Assembly: GCA_963827235.1 (NCBI GenBank) | Contig: CAWHAE010000010.1 | Location: forward strand, 608,001 to 672,000 | Direction of reading: 5' to 3' | DNA from: an uncultured bacterium | Lineage (GTDB): Bacteria; Chloroflexota; UBA5177; JANWHV01 | Length of the DNA stretch: 64,000 nucleotides | Shown here: positions 40,908 through 51,617 of the stretch, one piece after another | How the letters are laid out: each line of letters starts with the position of its first letter | Numbering within the stretch: the first letter of the stretch is position 1 | Translations under genes and position numbers: made by a program | The notes under the pieces: generated by a model | The model's database searches: none | The model's input: the letters and a program-made list of their open reading frames with translations, nothing else | Told to the model about the DNA's origin: nothing

Positions 40908-42302
40908 TCAGCGCGCGATCGCACGCGAATTGATGGGGTGTTCAGCCGACCTACCGGGAGCGGGGGCACCGAGACGCCAGATATCCGCACGGGAAGATTG
41001 CCGAGTGGCGCCCGTCGTGTCCACCAGGATCTGCGCGCCACGGGCAACCCGGGTGAAGTCGATCGCGCTGTGCGCTACCAGGACGACCACGGCATCCGCC
41101 TCACCCAGCTCTTCATCCGAGAGCGGCACGGATCGCAGGTCCGTGGATCCGTTCTTGCCGAACACCGTGCCGGAGACGCGAAACACCGGCACATGCGGAT
41201 CGTGGTAGCGTACGTCGGCACCCCGCGTGCGCAACAGCTCGATCACGCGCTGCGACGGCGAATTGCGCGCGTCGTCGACGTCGCGCTTGAACGCCACGCC
41301 CAGGGCCAGAATGCGCGAGCCGTTGACCGATCGCTGATGACTGTCCAGCGCCCTGGCGATCAGGTCGACGGTGTGGAACGGCATGTTGTCGTTCGTCTCC
41401 GCTGCCAGCTCCACGAACCGCGTGTAGAAGTCGAACTCGCGTGCCTTCCAGCTCAGGTAGAACGGATCGACCGGGATGCAGTGGCCGCCCACGCCCGGGC
41501 CGGGATAGAAGGGCATGAAGCCGAAGGGCTTCGTCGACGCGGCGTCGATCACTTCCCAGATGTCGAGTCCCATCCGCTCGGCCAGCATGGCCAGCTCGTT
41601 CACCAGCGCGATGTTCACGCTGCGAAAGGTGTTCTCCAGCAGCTTGGCCATCTCCGCCGCCCGGGCCGAGGACACGGCGTGCACTTTCCCCGGCGCCACA
41701 CTCTCGAACAGCAGCAAGGCCAACCGCCCGCCCTCGGGTCCGGCCCCGCCCACCACCTTGGTCACGGTACCGATGTCGTAGTGCGAATGGCCGGGGTCGA
41801 TGCGCTCGGGCGAGAAGGCAAGGAAGAAATCGCGCTCGTGCATGAGGTCGCCCGCCCCCTCCAGGATGGGAAGCACCAGCTCCCCCGTGGTGCCCGGGTA
41901 CGTCGTGCTCTCGAGCACCACGAGCTGGCCCGGTCGCAGCGCCGCGGCGATGGCGCGTGCGGCTTCCGTGATATAGCTCAGATCGGGCACCTTCAAGGTG
42001 GTGTACGGCGTGGGCACGCAGATGAACACCGCGTCCGGCGACGGGTCGAGCGCCTGATAGTCGGTGGTCGCCGACAGCTTGCCAACCTGCACCAGCGGCG
42101 CCAGACGGCTGGACGGCACGTCCGGAATGTAGCTCGTGCCGGCGCGCAGCGACTCGATCTTGGTCGTGTCCAGGTCGACACCGACCACGTGGTAGCCGGC
42201 CTCGGCGAACTCCGTTGCCAGGGGCAGCCCGACGTAGCCCAGGCCAATCACGCAGACCTGCGCCGTGCGCTCGCGGATGCGCCTCTCCAACTCGGTATTC
42301 AT
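40908..42302 (-). CDS. Nucleotide-sugar 6-dehydrogenase (UDP-GlcNAc/ManNAc dehydrogenase, WbpA/WecC family)
   Basis: GLGYVGLP, ICVPTP, ESTTYPGTT, SPERIDPG, KLLENTFR, GGHCIPVDP. Confidence 0.95.
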   Translation of the reverse strand: MNTELERRIRERTAQVCVIGLGYVGLPLATEFAEAGYHVVGVDLDTTKIESLRAGTSYIPDVPSSRLAPLVQVGKLSATTDYQALDPSPDAVFICVPTPYTTLKVPDLSYITEAARAIAAALRPGQLVVLESTTYPGTTGELVLPILEGAGDLMHERDFFLAFSPERIDPGHSHYDIGTVTKVVGGAGPEGGRLALLLFESVAPGKVHAVSSARAAEMAKLLENTFRSVNIALVNELAMLAERMGLDIWEVIDAASTKPFGFMPFYPGPGVGGHCIPVDPFYLSWKAREFDFYTRFVELAAETNDNMPFHTVDLIARALDSHQRSVNGSRILALGVAFKRDVDDARNSPSQRVIELLRTRGADVRYHDPHVPVFRVSGTVFGKNGSTDLRSVPLSDEELGEADAVVVLVAHSAIDFTRVARGAQILVDTTGATRQSSRADIWRLGAPAPGRSAEHPINSRAIAR

Positions 42303-42671
42303 ACAGGCTTAGCATGCACTACCGAGGCATGCGCTGGCAAGAGCCTCGGCCGATAAGAGCGCCCCCAATTGGTCCCGAACCACAACAGAGTTCCCGGATC
42401 AGCCTGTCTGGGAAGCTGGATGGAGTGTGACTATGTAGCCCACAGTGGGGGACGCAGAGCTTGCTTGCAGGAACGAGGAGAGCGAGCGACGCAGGGTCGA
42501 GGTCAGTCGCCAATCCGCCGACGATCGCCGGCTGCTTGGCCCTGGGGCTCGGCACCGCCTTGTCGCGAGAGTGCCTGCAGACGATCCACCTCGCGCCCGG
42601 CGCCACAGCCCGAAGCAGGCGCTGGACTGAGCGAAGTCGAACCGCCGCCAGCCAGTGCTACACCGCGCTTA

Positions 42672-43817
42672 TCACTTGTGCCGTCGTCTACGTCTAGCCA
42701 ACGCCTTCTCGTACACTGCTAGAGTCTCTTGCGCAGCACGTTCCCACGTGAAACGCTTTGCTCTCGCAAGGCCCTTCGAGCGCAGTTCTGCTGCGAGTGA
42801 AGGATTAGCGAGCACCTGGCTGATGGCGTCAGCGATGGCTCGCACGTCACCCGGGTCAACGGTCAGCGCGGCGTCCCCAACCGCCTCTGGCAGCGAGGAA
42901 ACGTTGGAGGTGACCACCGGAGTGCCACAGGCCATGGCTTCGAGCGGCGGCAGGCCGAAGCCTTCGAACAACGACGGAAAGACAAACACGTCAGCGGCGC
43001 TATAGAGAACGGGCAGGTCTTCGTCGGCCACATATCCTGTGAAAAGGACTCGCCCTTCAAGCCCAAGTCGCTCGAACGTCTCGTCTATCTCTCGCGTCTG
43101 CCACTGTCTCTTGCCGGCTATCACAAGCGTCACACTGGGATGACTTCGCTTGACCGCGGCGTAGGCCTCGTAGAGGCGTGCGATATTCTTCCGGGCATTG
43201 ATACCGCCCACGTACAGCAGGTACGGAGCAACTATGCCGTATCTTTGGAGGATTCGGCTAACCTCGCTGTTGTGTGTGACGGGTGCGAACCGTCGATCTA
43301 CTCCCGGATATATCACCTCGACACGGTCTTGCGCCACGTGAAGGCAGCGTGTGAGATCCCGCGCCGATGCTACGCTAATGGTGATAATTGCGTCTGCCAG
43401 TTTGGCGGCGTAGGGAAGGTGCCACCGATATCGCCAATTGTCGACAAGGTTGTGTGTTTCGGGACATGTGTAGGCGAAAGCGTCGAAAACAGTCGCAACT
43501 CTGGCGATGTTGCCGAACGGCCCGAAGAATGGTGCGAGGCCGTTGGGATCATGAAGAAGGTCAACACGGTAGTGCCGCGTGCGGAGCAGAAGCTGGAGGT
43601 TGCCGACCGTAAGGAGCGACGGCAGCAGTCCACTGAAGCCGAGCGGTCGACGCTCAAAGTGCGGCCATAGCCTCTGATGGTCCTCTCGTTCTGTCGTCAT
43701 AAGTATGAAGGAGGCGTTCCCGCTAGCGGACTGCATCGCCCGCAGCAGATCAACTGTGTAACGCCCGATTCCCGTGGGGCTACGGTCAAGTCCGTAGGTT
43801 ATGTATCCGATTCGCAA
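42672..43817 (-). CDS. GT4 (group 1) glycosyltransferase
   Basis: TGIGRY, RKN, FPSLFEGFGLPPLEAMACG. Confidence 0.93.
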   Translation of the reverse strand: MRIGYITYGLDRSPTGIGRYTVDLLRAMQSASGNASFILMTTEREDHQRLWPHFERRPLGFSGLLPSLLTVGNLQLLLRTRHYRVDLLHDPNGLAPFFGPFGNIARVATVFDAFAYTCPETHNLVDNWRYRWHLPYAAKLADAIITISVASARDLTRCLHVAQDRVEVIYPGVDRRFAPVTHNSEVSRILQRYGIVAPYLLYVGGINARKNIARLYEAYAAVKRSHPSVTLVIAGKRQWQTREIDETFERLGLEGRVLFTGYVADEDLPVLYSAADVFVFPSLFEGFGLPPLEAMACGTPVVTSNVSSLPEAVGDAALTVDPGDVRAIADAISQVLANPSLAAELRSKGLARAKRFTWERAAQETLAVYEKALARRRRRHK

Positions 43818-43893
43818 CGTGAGGCTCCCCTCTCACTGGCTATGCGGCCGGACACTATGTGCGCTTTGGAGGATGAGGATCGGCGTGCCCCGC

Positions 43894-44805
43894 TCATTGC
43901 ACGTTGAGCCATAGTACCAGCTCGCGGTAGGGAGCCGGATGCCCATCGCGGAGAAGCAGGACGTCGATTTCCTGGTTTTGGCCCGCTCGATCCAGGTCAA
44001 TCCTGATGGGCTGTTGCAGTCCCTGGCCGTCTCTCAAGCGGAAACCGGCCGAGTGCTTGATAATCCTGCCGTCGTACCGGACCTCTATGCTGTAGCTGGC
44101 AGCTACGCCTTCCCGGTTGTTGACACCCAACATGATCGAGAAGTCTGCACCTCGAGCTACCGCCCGCGGGTAGTTCTCGGCGAGACCCTGCGCTCCCAGG
44201 GCGTAGAACTCGGTCAAGCGGTCTTGAGGGCCGGGTGTGACCGCCACGTACACGGAGTAGGCAACCATGGCCAGCGCAATGATGCCGGCCAGGATGACGA
44301 CTCGACTACCATGATCCATCTTGGCCCACCACGTTGCCGGTGCAACCGCGGGGACAAGCCGGGGGCGGATGCGCACCCCAACCGCAGCATTGCCCGATAG
44401 CCGCTTTCGCCGAACGGCGGCAATGCCGGCAGTGACCAGAAGCCAGACCGACAGCGAAAGGGTAATCGGCCACGGTCTGATGCCCCACGGCATGAAATTA
44501 AGGAACAGCGCGAGCAACGGAACCACGGCGAGGCTCAAGCCAAAGCTAATACCCACTCGCGCCGGCCCATCAATGTCATCGGCCCTGACAAACACGGCAG
44601 CCGCCAAACCATAGCCCGGAGCAAACAAGACCGCCAACAGCCCGACCGGTATGGACAAAACAGGTATCGACAACGGCATCAGCGCTGGGAGCGCCAACGC
44701 AAGCAAGCCAAGCGCGAGCAGGTCGTGCACGCCGCTGGAGGGGCGATGCACAGCACCGTTACCGGCATCAGCATTCTGTTCAGCGGATGATCCGGTTAGC
44801 GACAT
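43894..44805 (-). CDS. DUF1616 membrane protein
   Basis: FAPGY..AA.F, SFGLSLA, TEFYALG..G.AENYP, GV.NRE, PYRELVLWLNV. Confidence 0.88.
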   Translation of the reverse strand: MSLTGSSAEQNADAGNGAVHRPSSGVHDLLALGLLALALPALMPLSIPVLSIPVGLLAVLFAPGYGLAAAVFVRADDIDGPARVGISFGLSLAVVPLLALFLNFMPWGIRPWPITLSLSVWLLVTAGIAAVRRKRLSGNAAVGVRIRPRLVPAVAPATWWAKMDHGSRVVILAGIIALAMVAYSVYVAVTPGPQDRLTEFYALGAQGLAENYPRAVARGADFSIMLGVNNREGVAASYSIEVRYDGRIIKHSAGFRLRDGQGLQQPIRIDLDRAGQNQEIDVLLLRDGHPAPYRELVLWLNVQ

Positions 44806-46031
44806 GCTGCGTCATGCCTTTGGCGTCGCCTGGCTCGCTCTAGCACGCTCTGGTAGACGTCCATTATCTGTCCAGCCGCGCGGGACCAGGTGAACTGAGC
44901 CGCTTGTTCCAGACCATGTTGACGCAACGCTGCTTGCAGGCTTCCGTCGTCTGCAAGGACCTTTTCAATCGCGGCGGCAAGTTCAGCCACGTCATACGGA
45001 TCTACAAGTAGACCGGCGTGACCTACTACCTCGGGCAGCGACGACGCCCTGGAAGCCACAACCGGCGTGCCACATGACATTGCTTCCAGTGCGGGCAATC
45101 CAAACCCCTCATAGAGGGAAGGAAATACAAACACCTTTGCTATGTTGTAGAAATGCACCAGGTCGATATCACTAACTTGATCGATGAAGTCGACTTTTCC
45201 CATGAGTCCCGATCGTCCAATGTGGTCCATCAGTTGCCGGCGCTCTGCTTCGAACTGAGCCGCCCCAACCTTCAGCAATCGGGCCTCCGGCCACCGGGCA
45301 GCCACTCTGACAAACGCATCGATCAAGCGGCGCAAGTTCTTTCGCGGATCTTCGGAGCCGACGTAGAGGACATAGGGCACGCCTGGCTGGAGACCGTATC
45401 GCACGTAGAACTGATCGGGTACCACCATCGGCTTGAACAGTGCTTCGTCCACTCCGTTATGCACCACGTGGATGCGAGAGGCGGGATAACCCAAGAGCCC
45501 GATGACATCTCTACGCGTGCATTCTGAGCAAGCGACGATAGCCGACGCCTTCCTCAGCCCTGCCGCCATCAGGCTTACGGCCACTCTATCATAGAACTTC
45601 ATGTAACCCGTCAGCGCGGGTTCGTTTCGAAATTTGAGATGAATTACATCATGCACGGTGATGACGGTCCGACTGCCTCTCTGACGCAATGCGATACCGG
45701 TTGCCAGATTCTGGCTGGCAAGATGCAGTATGCCGCAGCTTGGCTCGTCCGGCACTACGATGGGATAGGTAGCAAAGAATCGATCCAGATTAAGGCCATG
45801 TGCTTGTGCTCCGCGAGCCAGCCAGGCAGGAACTGGTGGGCGAGCACTTTCCACAATGTTGACGCGTGCACCGAGGAATGACAGTGCCGCTTTCAGATCT
45901 GATGCGTAACGAGATAAGCCAGTCAGACTGCCACTCGCACCGACCATCAAGCTGACGTTGGTATTCTTCTCGACCTCATACGGCTGCATACCTCGGTATT
46001 CCTTCCGCGGCCCCTCCAGTCGCCGTTTCAC
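44796..46031 (-). CDS. GT4 glycosyltransferase
   Basis: [27 protein letters not shown]; alternative start 45989. Confidence 0.93.
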   Translation of the reverse strand: MKRRLEGPRKEYRGMQPYEVEKNTNVSLMVGASGSLTGLSRYASDLKAALSFLGARVNIVESARPPVPAWLARGAQAHGLNLDRFFATYPIVVPDEPSCGILHLASQNLATGIALRQRGSRTVITVHDVIHLKFRNEPALTGYMKFYDRVAVSLMAAGLRKASAIVACSECTRRDVIGLLGYPASRIHVVHNGVDEALFKPMVVPDQFYVRYGLQPGVPYVLYVGSEDPRKNLRRLIDAFVRVAARWPEARLLKVGAAQFEAERRQLMDHIGRSGLMGKVDFIDQVSDIDLVHFYNIAKVFVFPSLYEGFGLPALEAMSCGTPVVASRASSLPEVVGHAGLLVDPYDVAELAAAIEKVLADDGSLQAALRQHGLEQAAQFTWSRAAGQIMDVYQSVLERARRRQRHDAACR

Positions 46032-46129
46032 ATCCGCCTAGTCTTTCGGCATGTGGGCAGCGCACCTATCATCGAGTACGAGCCCTCATATTGCCGCACT
46101 GGCGCCGGGTAGCAAGTACACCGCTCCTA

Positions 46130-47533
46130 TCAGCGTTCGTCAGTGGATGAGTTCTCTCGAATGGTGCGGGTGCCGGGGTAATATACTGTCTCCGCTATCT
46201 TCCTAACGACAGAGCTCCAGCTCAGATTGTCCATAGCGTACTGCTTCGTGAACGGGCGAAGGTCGCGCAGAGCCCCTGGATCCGCTGCAACTTGTCGCAG
46301 AATCTGGGCCAAGCCGCCAAAGTCGCCCGCATCGAAGAGATACCCGGAACGTCCGGGAACAACGTGGTCTTTGGCGCCAGCGATGCGGCTACCTATGACC
46401 GGAGTACCGCAAATCATGGCCTCTGGGATGACCCTGCCGAAGCCTTCCGCGTAGCTTGGCAGAAGCAGAGCGTCGGCTGCGGAATACCACACCGAAAGGT
46501 CTGACTGTGCCAGCCAGTCAGACTGGGATACGATATCGCCCACGCCCGTCTTGCCGATAGTAGCTGCAACCGCCTTGGTCTGAGGGCCCTTGCCGAACAT
46601 CTGCACCTTGACCCTACCCTTCCGCAGTTCCACCTTGCAGCGTTCCACCGTCTCGACCAGTTCGACCACCGCCTTCTCCCGCGAAAGGCGCCCGACGTAC
46701 AGAAGGAGCGTGCTATCTTCCGGAATATGCAGTGTCGCCTTTGCGCCGGGAACCTCGTAAAAGCGCCGAGGATCGACACCATATGGTATCTCGTAGATCA
46801 GCTCTTCTGGACTGCCCGTCTCGTGCCAGGCCTGCACCATCTCGTGGCTAGTAGCAATAACCCGTGTGCCCGTAGTCGCCGTCTTGCGTGCTGCCCACTT
46901 AAGACACTGAGTGTAGAAGAAGGAGTAGGGATTGCCGCTCTGGTGCTGCAGTTTGTGGAATATATTGCCCGGAACGGTCAGGACGCAAAGGGCCGACTTC
47001 TTCTTCGCCGGCGCCAGCGGCTTGCCGGCTGCAAGACGCTGAAAGATATTGCCGGGAACGGTGAGGACGCGAATGGATCTATTAGTCTTCGACGGGGCTG
47101 AACTCACTGTGCCTGCAAACCGATCAACTAATGCGCGCATTCGGCTCGGAGCTCCGTCAGCTACCTCGCTGCGAAAGAGCGAGTTATACACCGCGGTAGA
47201 CACATACTCGGGCGCGTGGACGATATCCGGGCTGAGCTGATGGGCCACTCTGGCCATTCGCAGGCAGATCCAAAGATGGCCGACGAACCAGCGATAGCCG
47301 GTAGGCGGTACCTTTATGGTATGCACCCGTACGCGCTGATCAGGCACCAGTTCCTGCGCATACGGCCCGACTACATGCACGTCGTGGCCGAGCTCAACAA
47401 GCTCACTGGCCATGTCCCAAACAACATCGGACAAGCCAATCCGGCCCGGTTTGTCCAACTCCAGAATGTAATCGAGAAAGACAATCACGAGCCTTGGCTT
47501 TGGAATATCTGTCAGCCCCACTGTTGGCCTCAT
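46130..47533 (-). CDS. GT4 glycosyltransferase with internal duplication
   Basis: YVGRLSREK, LPSYAEGFGRVIPEAMICG; VLTVPGNIF occurs twice. Confidence 0.9.
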   Translation of the reverse strand: MRPTVGLTDIPKPRLVIVFLDYILELDKPGRIGLSDVVWDMASELVELGHDVHVVGPYAQELVPDQRVRVHTIKVPPTGYRWFVGHLWICLRMARVAHQLSPDIVHAPEYVSTAVYNSLFRSEVADGAPSRMRALVDRFAGTVSSAPSKTNRSIRVLTVPGNIFQRLAAGKPLAPAKKKSALCVLTVPGNIFHKLQHQSGNPYSFFYTQCLKWAARKTATTGTRVIATSHEMVQAWHETGSPEELIYEIPYGVDPRRFYEVPGAKATLHIPEDSTLLLYVGRLSREKAVVELVETVERCKVELRKGRVKVQMFGKGPQTKAVAATIGKTGVGDIVSQSDWLAQSDLSVWYSAADALLLPSYAEGFGRVIPEAMICGTPVIGSRIAGAKDHVVPGRSGYLFDAGDFGGLAQILRQVAADPGALRDLRPFTKQYAMDNLSWSSVVRKIAETVYYPGTRTIRENSSTDER

Positions 47534-49167
47534 TTCTGAAAGGGATTCTGCGGTCTCAACCTGTACACCTGCGCCTCACCGTTATCGTATATCCGAAGCG
47601 CATCAGGTGGTAGAGGAAGCGCTACACCGAGACGAAGTGATTGCTGCCGAATGACATCCGACACGACTAGCGTGCGCATAAATGGGCGAAGTACGAAGCC
47701 GCTTATGCGATTTCCGTTTACCCAATCACCTTCAACCGTTTCAAATGCCGTTGCGAGCCGCTCATCAAAGCCAGCCCATATCTCCTCCCCCGATAGGCGG
47801 TGAACAGCCCAAACCATGGCCGACACTTCCGGATGTACATAGAAAATCCACTTGTTGCTGACCACTGGTTCGGCCGTCGCCTTGAACGTGGAGAGCACTG
47901 TCAGGCCAAGAAGAGTGCACGCGCCTAATGCTTGCACTGGGCGCCTGACTAATGCAGCCGAGGGCACTCTCATATCAGTCCACGCGGCAGCAACCAACGC
48001 AACGCCAAAGATAGAAACGGACGGGAAGACTCGTTCCTGCAGATTCCCGATCGAGCCGGATATATCCGCCACAGCCGACACTAACCCCTGTATGGCGAAA
48101 GATGCATAGAATAGCCAGAGGTACCAAGCTGCGTCACGCTTTGGCGCGTAACCCTTCACAATCCAAATCCACCCTTGGCGGACCCAGAGTGAAAACGAAA
48201 GCACCAAGATTATCCAGTCCGCTGCGGACACGGTGAAGTAAACAGGGAGATTAATCCACGCTCCTGATACCTGGGTATACGCTCCAGTCGTTGCACCGCT
48301 ATGGCTAAAGTCAAAAAGTAGTACGGCAATTTGCGAGAGAACGTTCTTTAGCAAGGAGATATCCGTAACTGCGGGAGGATACGCGTAGTACGTGAAGAAG
48401 AATCCAAGGATAAGCAGCGTAATGACCCAGTACGAGGCGCGCTGAAGTACACGTGCCGGATTGGAGCCAATATGTGGCCTGTATTTCGCTATTGAAGCAC
48501 CGAGAAGCAGAGAAAGAAGTAGTGCCATTGTGAATGACTGCCCGATAAGATTGTTGCTTGCAATCATGGAGAACGCCGCTACATAGAACAGAATGCCGTA
48601 GCTTGCAGACAGGTATGGCCGATCTCGCACCTTCAAGACGCGAACAAGCCAGTAGAGGCAGAGCAGCAGTAACGACCGCGTGAACTTCTCATGTGAGCTT
48701 CGAAGGATAACGAACAGGAACTCAGGTTGTGCGAATAGCAAGGATGTAGCTATGGCTGCCCCCCACGCACTGCCGACCAACTCGCGGTAAAGCAGCCAGG
48801 CGGGAAGAACAACAAACGCTGCCAGGAGCGGATACACAACCTGCTGGAGCGTAGTTACGCTGAGTCGAGTGACGCCCAAGATGTACGTCGATACTGCCTG
48901 AAACGCGAACCCATTTGGATAGGCTCCCGTTCCGTTGGCGTCTGCCGCTATCAGACGGCCCGTGTGCGCTACGGGACGGATGTAGAGACTGAACAAAGCA
49001 CTGTCGCTCTCGCTCCACGCACCACCATATCGCAGAATGAAGTACGAACCGATCGCCAGGACCAAGACGAACGGCACAAGGAGCATCAACCAGGTGCTGT
49101 CTGGCGCCGTCGGTGGTGTGCCTTGTGCGTCTGCCGCCTGCGCTCTGCTACTAGTCTTGAGATTCAT
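47530..49167 (-). CDS. Multi-pass membrane protein, putative GT-C / polymerase / ligase
   Basis: About 11 TMs, ESD after TM1, YPNG, SSHEK, soluble C-tail ending IYDNG.AQVY; context. Confidence 0.6.
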   Translation of the reverse strand: MNLKTSSRAQAADAQGTPPTAPDSTWLMLLVPFVLVLAIGSYFILRYGGAWSESDSALFSLYIRPVAHTGRLIAADANGTGAYPNGFAFQAVSTYILGVTRLSVTTLQQVVYPLLAAFVVLPAWLLYRELVGSAWGAAIATSLLFAQPEFLFVILRSSHEKFTRSLLLLCLYWLVRVLKVRDRPYLSASYGILFYVAAFSMIASNNLIGQSFTMALLLSLLLGASIAKYRPHIGSNPARVLQRASYWVITLLILGFFFTYYAYPPAVTDISLLKNVLSQIAVLLFDFSHSGATTGAYTQVSGAWINLPVYFTVSAADWIILVLSFSLWVRQGWIWIVKGYAPKRDAAWYLWLFYASFAIQGLVSAVADISGSIGNLQERVFPSVSIFGVALVAAAWTDMRVPSAALVRRPVQALGACTLLGLTVLSTFKATAEPVVSNKWIFYVHPEVSAMVWAVHRLSGEEIWAGFDERLATAFETVEGDWVNGNRISGFVLRPFMRTLVVSDVIRQQSLRLGVALPLPPDALRIYDNGEAQVYRLRPQNPFQK

Positions 49168-51617
49168 CGACTTCGTCCTTGATCATGGGCGTAGGTCCGT
49201 GCTAGGAGCCCAACGATTGCCAGCACTGCCACGACTGCCAGGAGAGAAACAGCCGTAAGTGTTGACTGTACAGAGCCACCCGCGTTCAGCACCACATTTA
49301 TCGTCGATGCATCCGGTGCGATCACTCTGATCTGGGCTCCAGAATACGAGAACACTCCGCCGCCCGGGAGCCGCAGCTTCGGCATCACCGCCCAGGTTCC
49401 TGCTTCAGGCGGCGCCCACTGCATCGTAACCTCGGAGTGCTGACCGCCGAGCAACGCAACCGTACGCGTCGCCACTTTCGTGTCTGCTTCGCCGGCCAGA
49501 CCCGCCCACAGCTCAAGCGTTGCGTCGGAAACATCTTGCAGCCCGAAGTTGTGCAACACGATCGGAATCAGGTTTGGCTGCAACTGCTGCAGCGTAAGCA
49601 TCTTTTGGGCGATTGTTGCAGACAGAACGGGCGGCGTAAGAGGTTGTGTGGCCATTCTCCCGTTGTACTTCAGAAGGAAGTCGCCGGCATGGACGTGGCC
49701 GAGAAGGTGAGTAAGCCTACCACCAATCTGGAAACCAGGCTTCAGATGAAGGGTAAACTGAAACCCCCCGGTCCATGCTCTCACGCTATCAATGCTCGCG
49801 CTCGTGAGAGTCAGCTCAGCACCGGGTGAATTGTCGATCCAAGTTGCCATCTCAACTGAGTCGCGCGGCGTTCCGGCGTAGTGCCGCAGCCGGGCACCCA
49901 AGGAATTCCAGCTAGCACTATCCGTCGGGGGGCTCGCTTCGAAAAGTGCAGGTCTGTATGGCGATTCCTTTACCTGAACGCCATTCGCTCCGGCGTAGAT
50001 CAGAAAACCATCCAGGGCGTATAGCTGCTGTAATGGTTTGCCGGACGCTGTGTAGCCGCGCGCGGTCGACTCCGGAAGAGGGACGCGCGCACCTTTCTCC
50101 AGGGTCCAGCTGTCGATATACGGACTGCCTGCCAGATTATGCAGCGTGATGACCTGTCCGTCCCCGAGGTCCCATATGCCCCCGTCAGCATCCAAGAGGT
50201 GAAGCCGGTCGTCAACCGGGCTAAAGTAGAGTCTGGGCGGGCTGTCGCTGGACACTCGATACTCGCTACGCAGGCCCGCCTGCGCTATCTGGTACGAGTC
50301 CGTGCGGGGCGCATCCTCCCATCCCAGCAAATAGGCCGGTCCGGCGTCGTGGCTCGAATACTCATAGATGCCCTCATTGGAGACATAGTTCGTACCGTCC
50401 GTAGCGACGAACGTCACGATGGGCCAGCTTCTGTTGACAACCCAGGCAGGATACGTGTCATAACTCGGAGCCTCTGCTTTCAGCGCGCCTCCGGCAAGCG
50501 ATGTGACGGTTGTGAAAGGATTGGTGCCCATGACATCGACTTTGTACTCCATGTCTTCATAGGCTGGTTTCTCCGCCCAGGAGTAGCGAATCCATTCAAT
50601 ATCCGAAGGAGTTGCCACCTGGTACTGGGGGTAGAAGAAATTCGTTGTCCACTCATCCAGAGCAGGATAATGCTCGGTGCGAACTATCAGGTCTGGGTAA
50701 GGCACGTTGTGCCCAGATAGATCGTAGAATGCAAAGGGCGCTTCAAAGTCAACGCGATTGACAATCCGGGGATCAAGGCTACTGAGTGTGTAGAGCGCGT
50801 AACTGCAGGCTTGATTCCGAACCGTAACTAGCTCAGAAAAGTAGACAATCATGCCGTGCTGCCAATCCACGCCGATTGGCGGTGAATACAGTCCCACCAC
50901 CTGCTCGTACCCTTGTGCAGTTGCAATGTAGGGCCACAAGGGCGAGACACTCCGCACTATTCGTCGGGGTCGGGCACACTTGCTCTCCGCGTAGTTCGTC
51001 CGAAAGTACGCGCTACCCTCAAAAGGAGGTATGAGACTGCGCCATTCCCAAAGAGGAATCCCAGTGTGTTTCGGGTCACGGACCGTTATGTCGACTGCAG
51101 GTTCACCGGGACTCACTCGTGAGGGCCATCCGCCAAACCGGAACTCTTGGGGGTCGTACGAGGCGCCCCACATCGAATACATCGGCCCGTATATCCGGAT
51201 GTTGAGGTTGTAGCTGGGCTTCCCATCTCGCACCCACCATCCATCCTCAGTCTGGATCGTGATGGCGAGGTCATACTGGGGACCAACCTCCAGCGTTTCT
51301 TGACTCACCGTGGTTGGCAGAGTGGCGCTGCCCGGAAATGGCTGATAGACCTGGGCGAGCGCGACGCTCGCACCGATCTTCTTGCTCAGACGGACTGCAA
51401 GCGTCGGGTGATCAGGGCCCCGGCTCTCAAGATAATAGAGAAGTACGCCCTGCCCGGCGGCCCCGGCCGTCAGTTGCTCCAACGTCGCTCCGCTTTCGCT
51501 GACATAGCGCGTCAATACCCGGTCCGGGCCTACACTGGCCCGGGAAGTATTGCCAGCTATCGTGCAAACCCAGCAGCACCCGCATGCAACCGCAAGGCCG
51601 TACAGGAGTCGTCTCAT
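49164..51617 (-). CDS. Large exported hypothetical protein with CARDB/Ig-like domain and C-terminal TM anchor
   Basis: N-terminal hydrophobic leader; LHNFGLQD...W.P..AG.W; C-terminal TM and basic tail; ATGA-coupled. Confidence 0.7.
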   Translation of the reverse strand: MRRLLYGLAVACGCCWVCTIAGNTSRASVGPDRVLTRYVSESGATLEQLTAGAAGQGVLLYYLESRGPDHPTLAVRLSKKIGASVALAQVYQPFPGSATLPTTVSQETLEVGPQYDLAITIQTEDGWWVRDGKPSYNLNIRIYGPMYSMWGASYDPQEFRFGGWPSRVSPGEPAVDITVRDPKHTGIPLWEWRSLIPPFEGSAYFRTNYAESKCARPRRIVRSVSPLWPYIATAQGYEQVVGLYSPPIGVDWQHGMIVYFSELVTVRNQACSYALYTLSSLDPRIVNRVDFEAPFAFYDLSGHNVPYPDLIVRTEHYPALDEWTTNFFYPQYQVATPSDIEWIRYSWAEKPAYEDMEYKVDVMGTNPFTTVTSLAGGALKAEAPSYDTYPAWVVNRSWPIVTFVATDGTNYVSNEGIYEYSSHDAGPAYLLGWEDAPRTDSYQIAQAGLRSEYRVSSDSPPRLYFSPVDDRLHLLDADGGIWDLGDGQVITLHNLAGSPYIDSWTLEKGARVPLPESTARGYTASGKPLQQLYALDGFLIYAGANGVQVKESPYRPALFEASPPTDSASWNSLGARLRHYAGTPRDSVEMATWIDNSPGAELTLTSASIDSVRAWTGGFQFTLHLKPGFQIGGRLTHLLGHVHAGDFLLKYNGRMATQPLTPPVLSATIAQKMLTLQQLQPNLIPIVLHNFGLQDVSDATLELWAGLAGEADTKVATRTVALLGGQHSEVTMQWAPPEAGTWAVMPKLRLPGGGVFSYSGAQIRVIAPDASTINVVLNAGGSVQSTLTAVSLLAVVAVLAIVGLLARTYAHDQGRSR

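Noticed and set aside
39732-42356. 874-aa + strand ORF
   Set aside because: Antisense shadow of the EEP and dehydrogenase genes, typical of high-GC DNA
42330-42356. GCCGATAA as a sigma-28 promoter
   Set aside because: No -35 match at N15 (TGCG) and it points antisense to the operon
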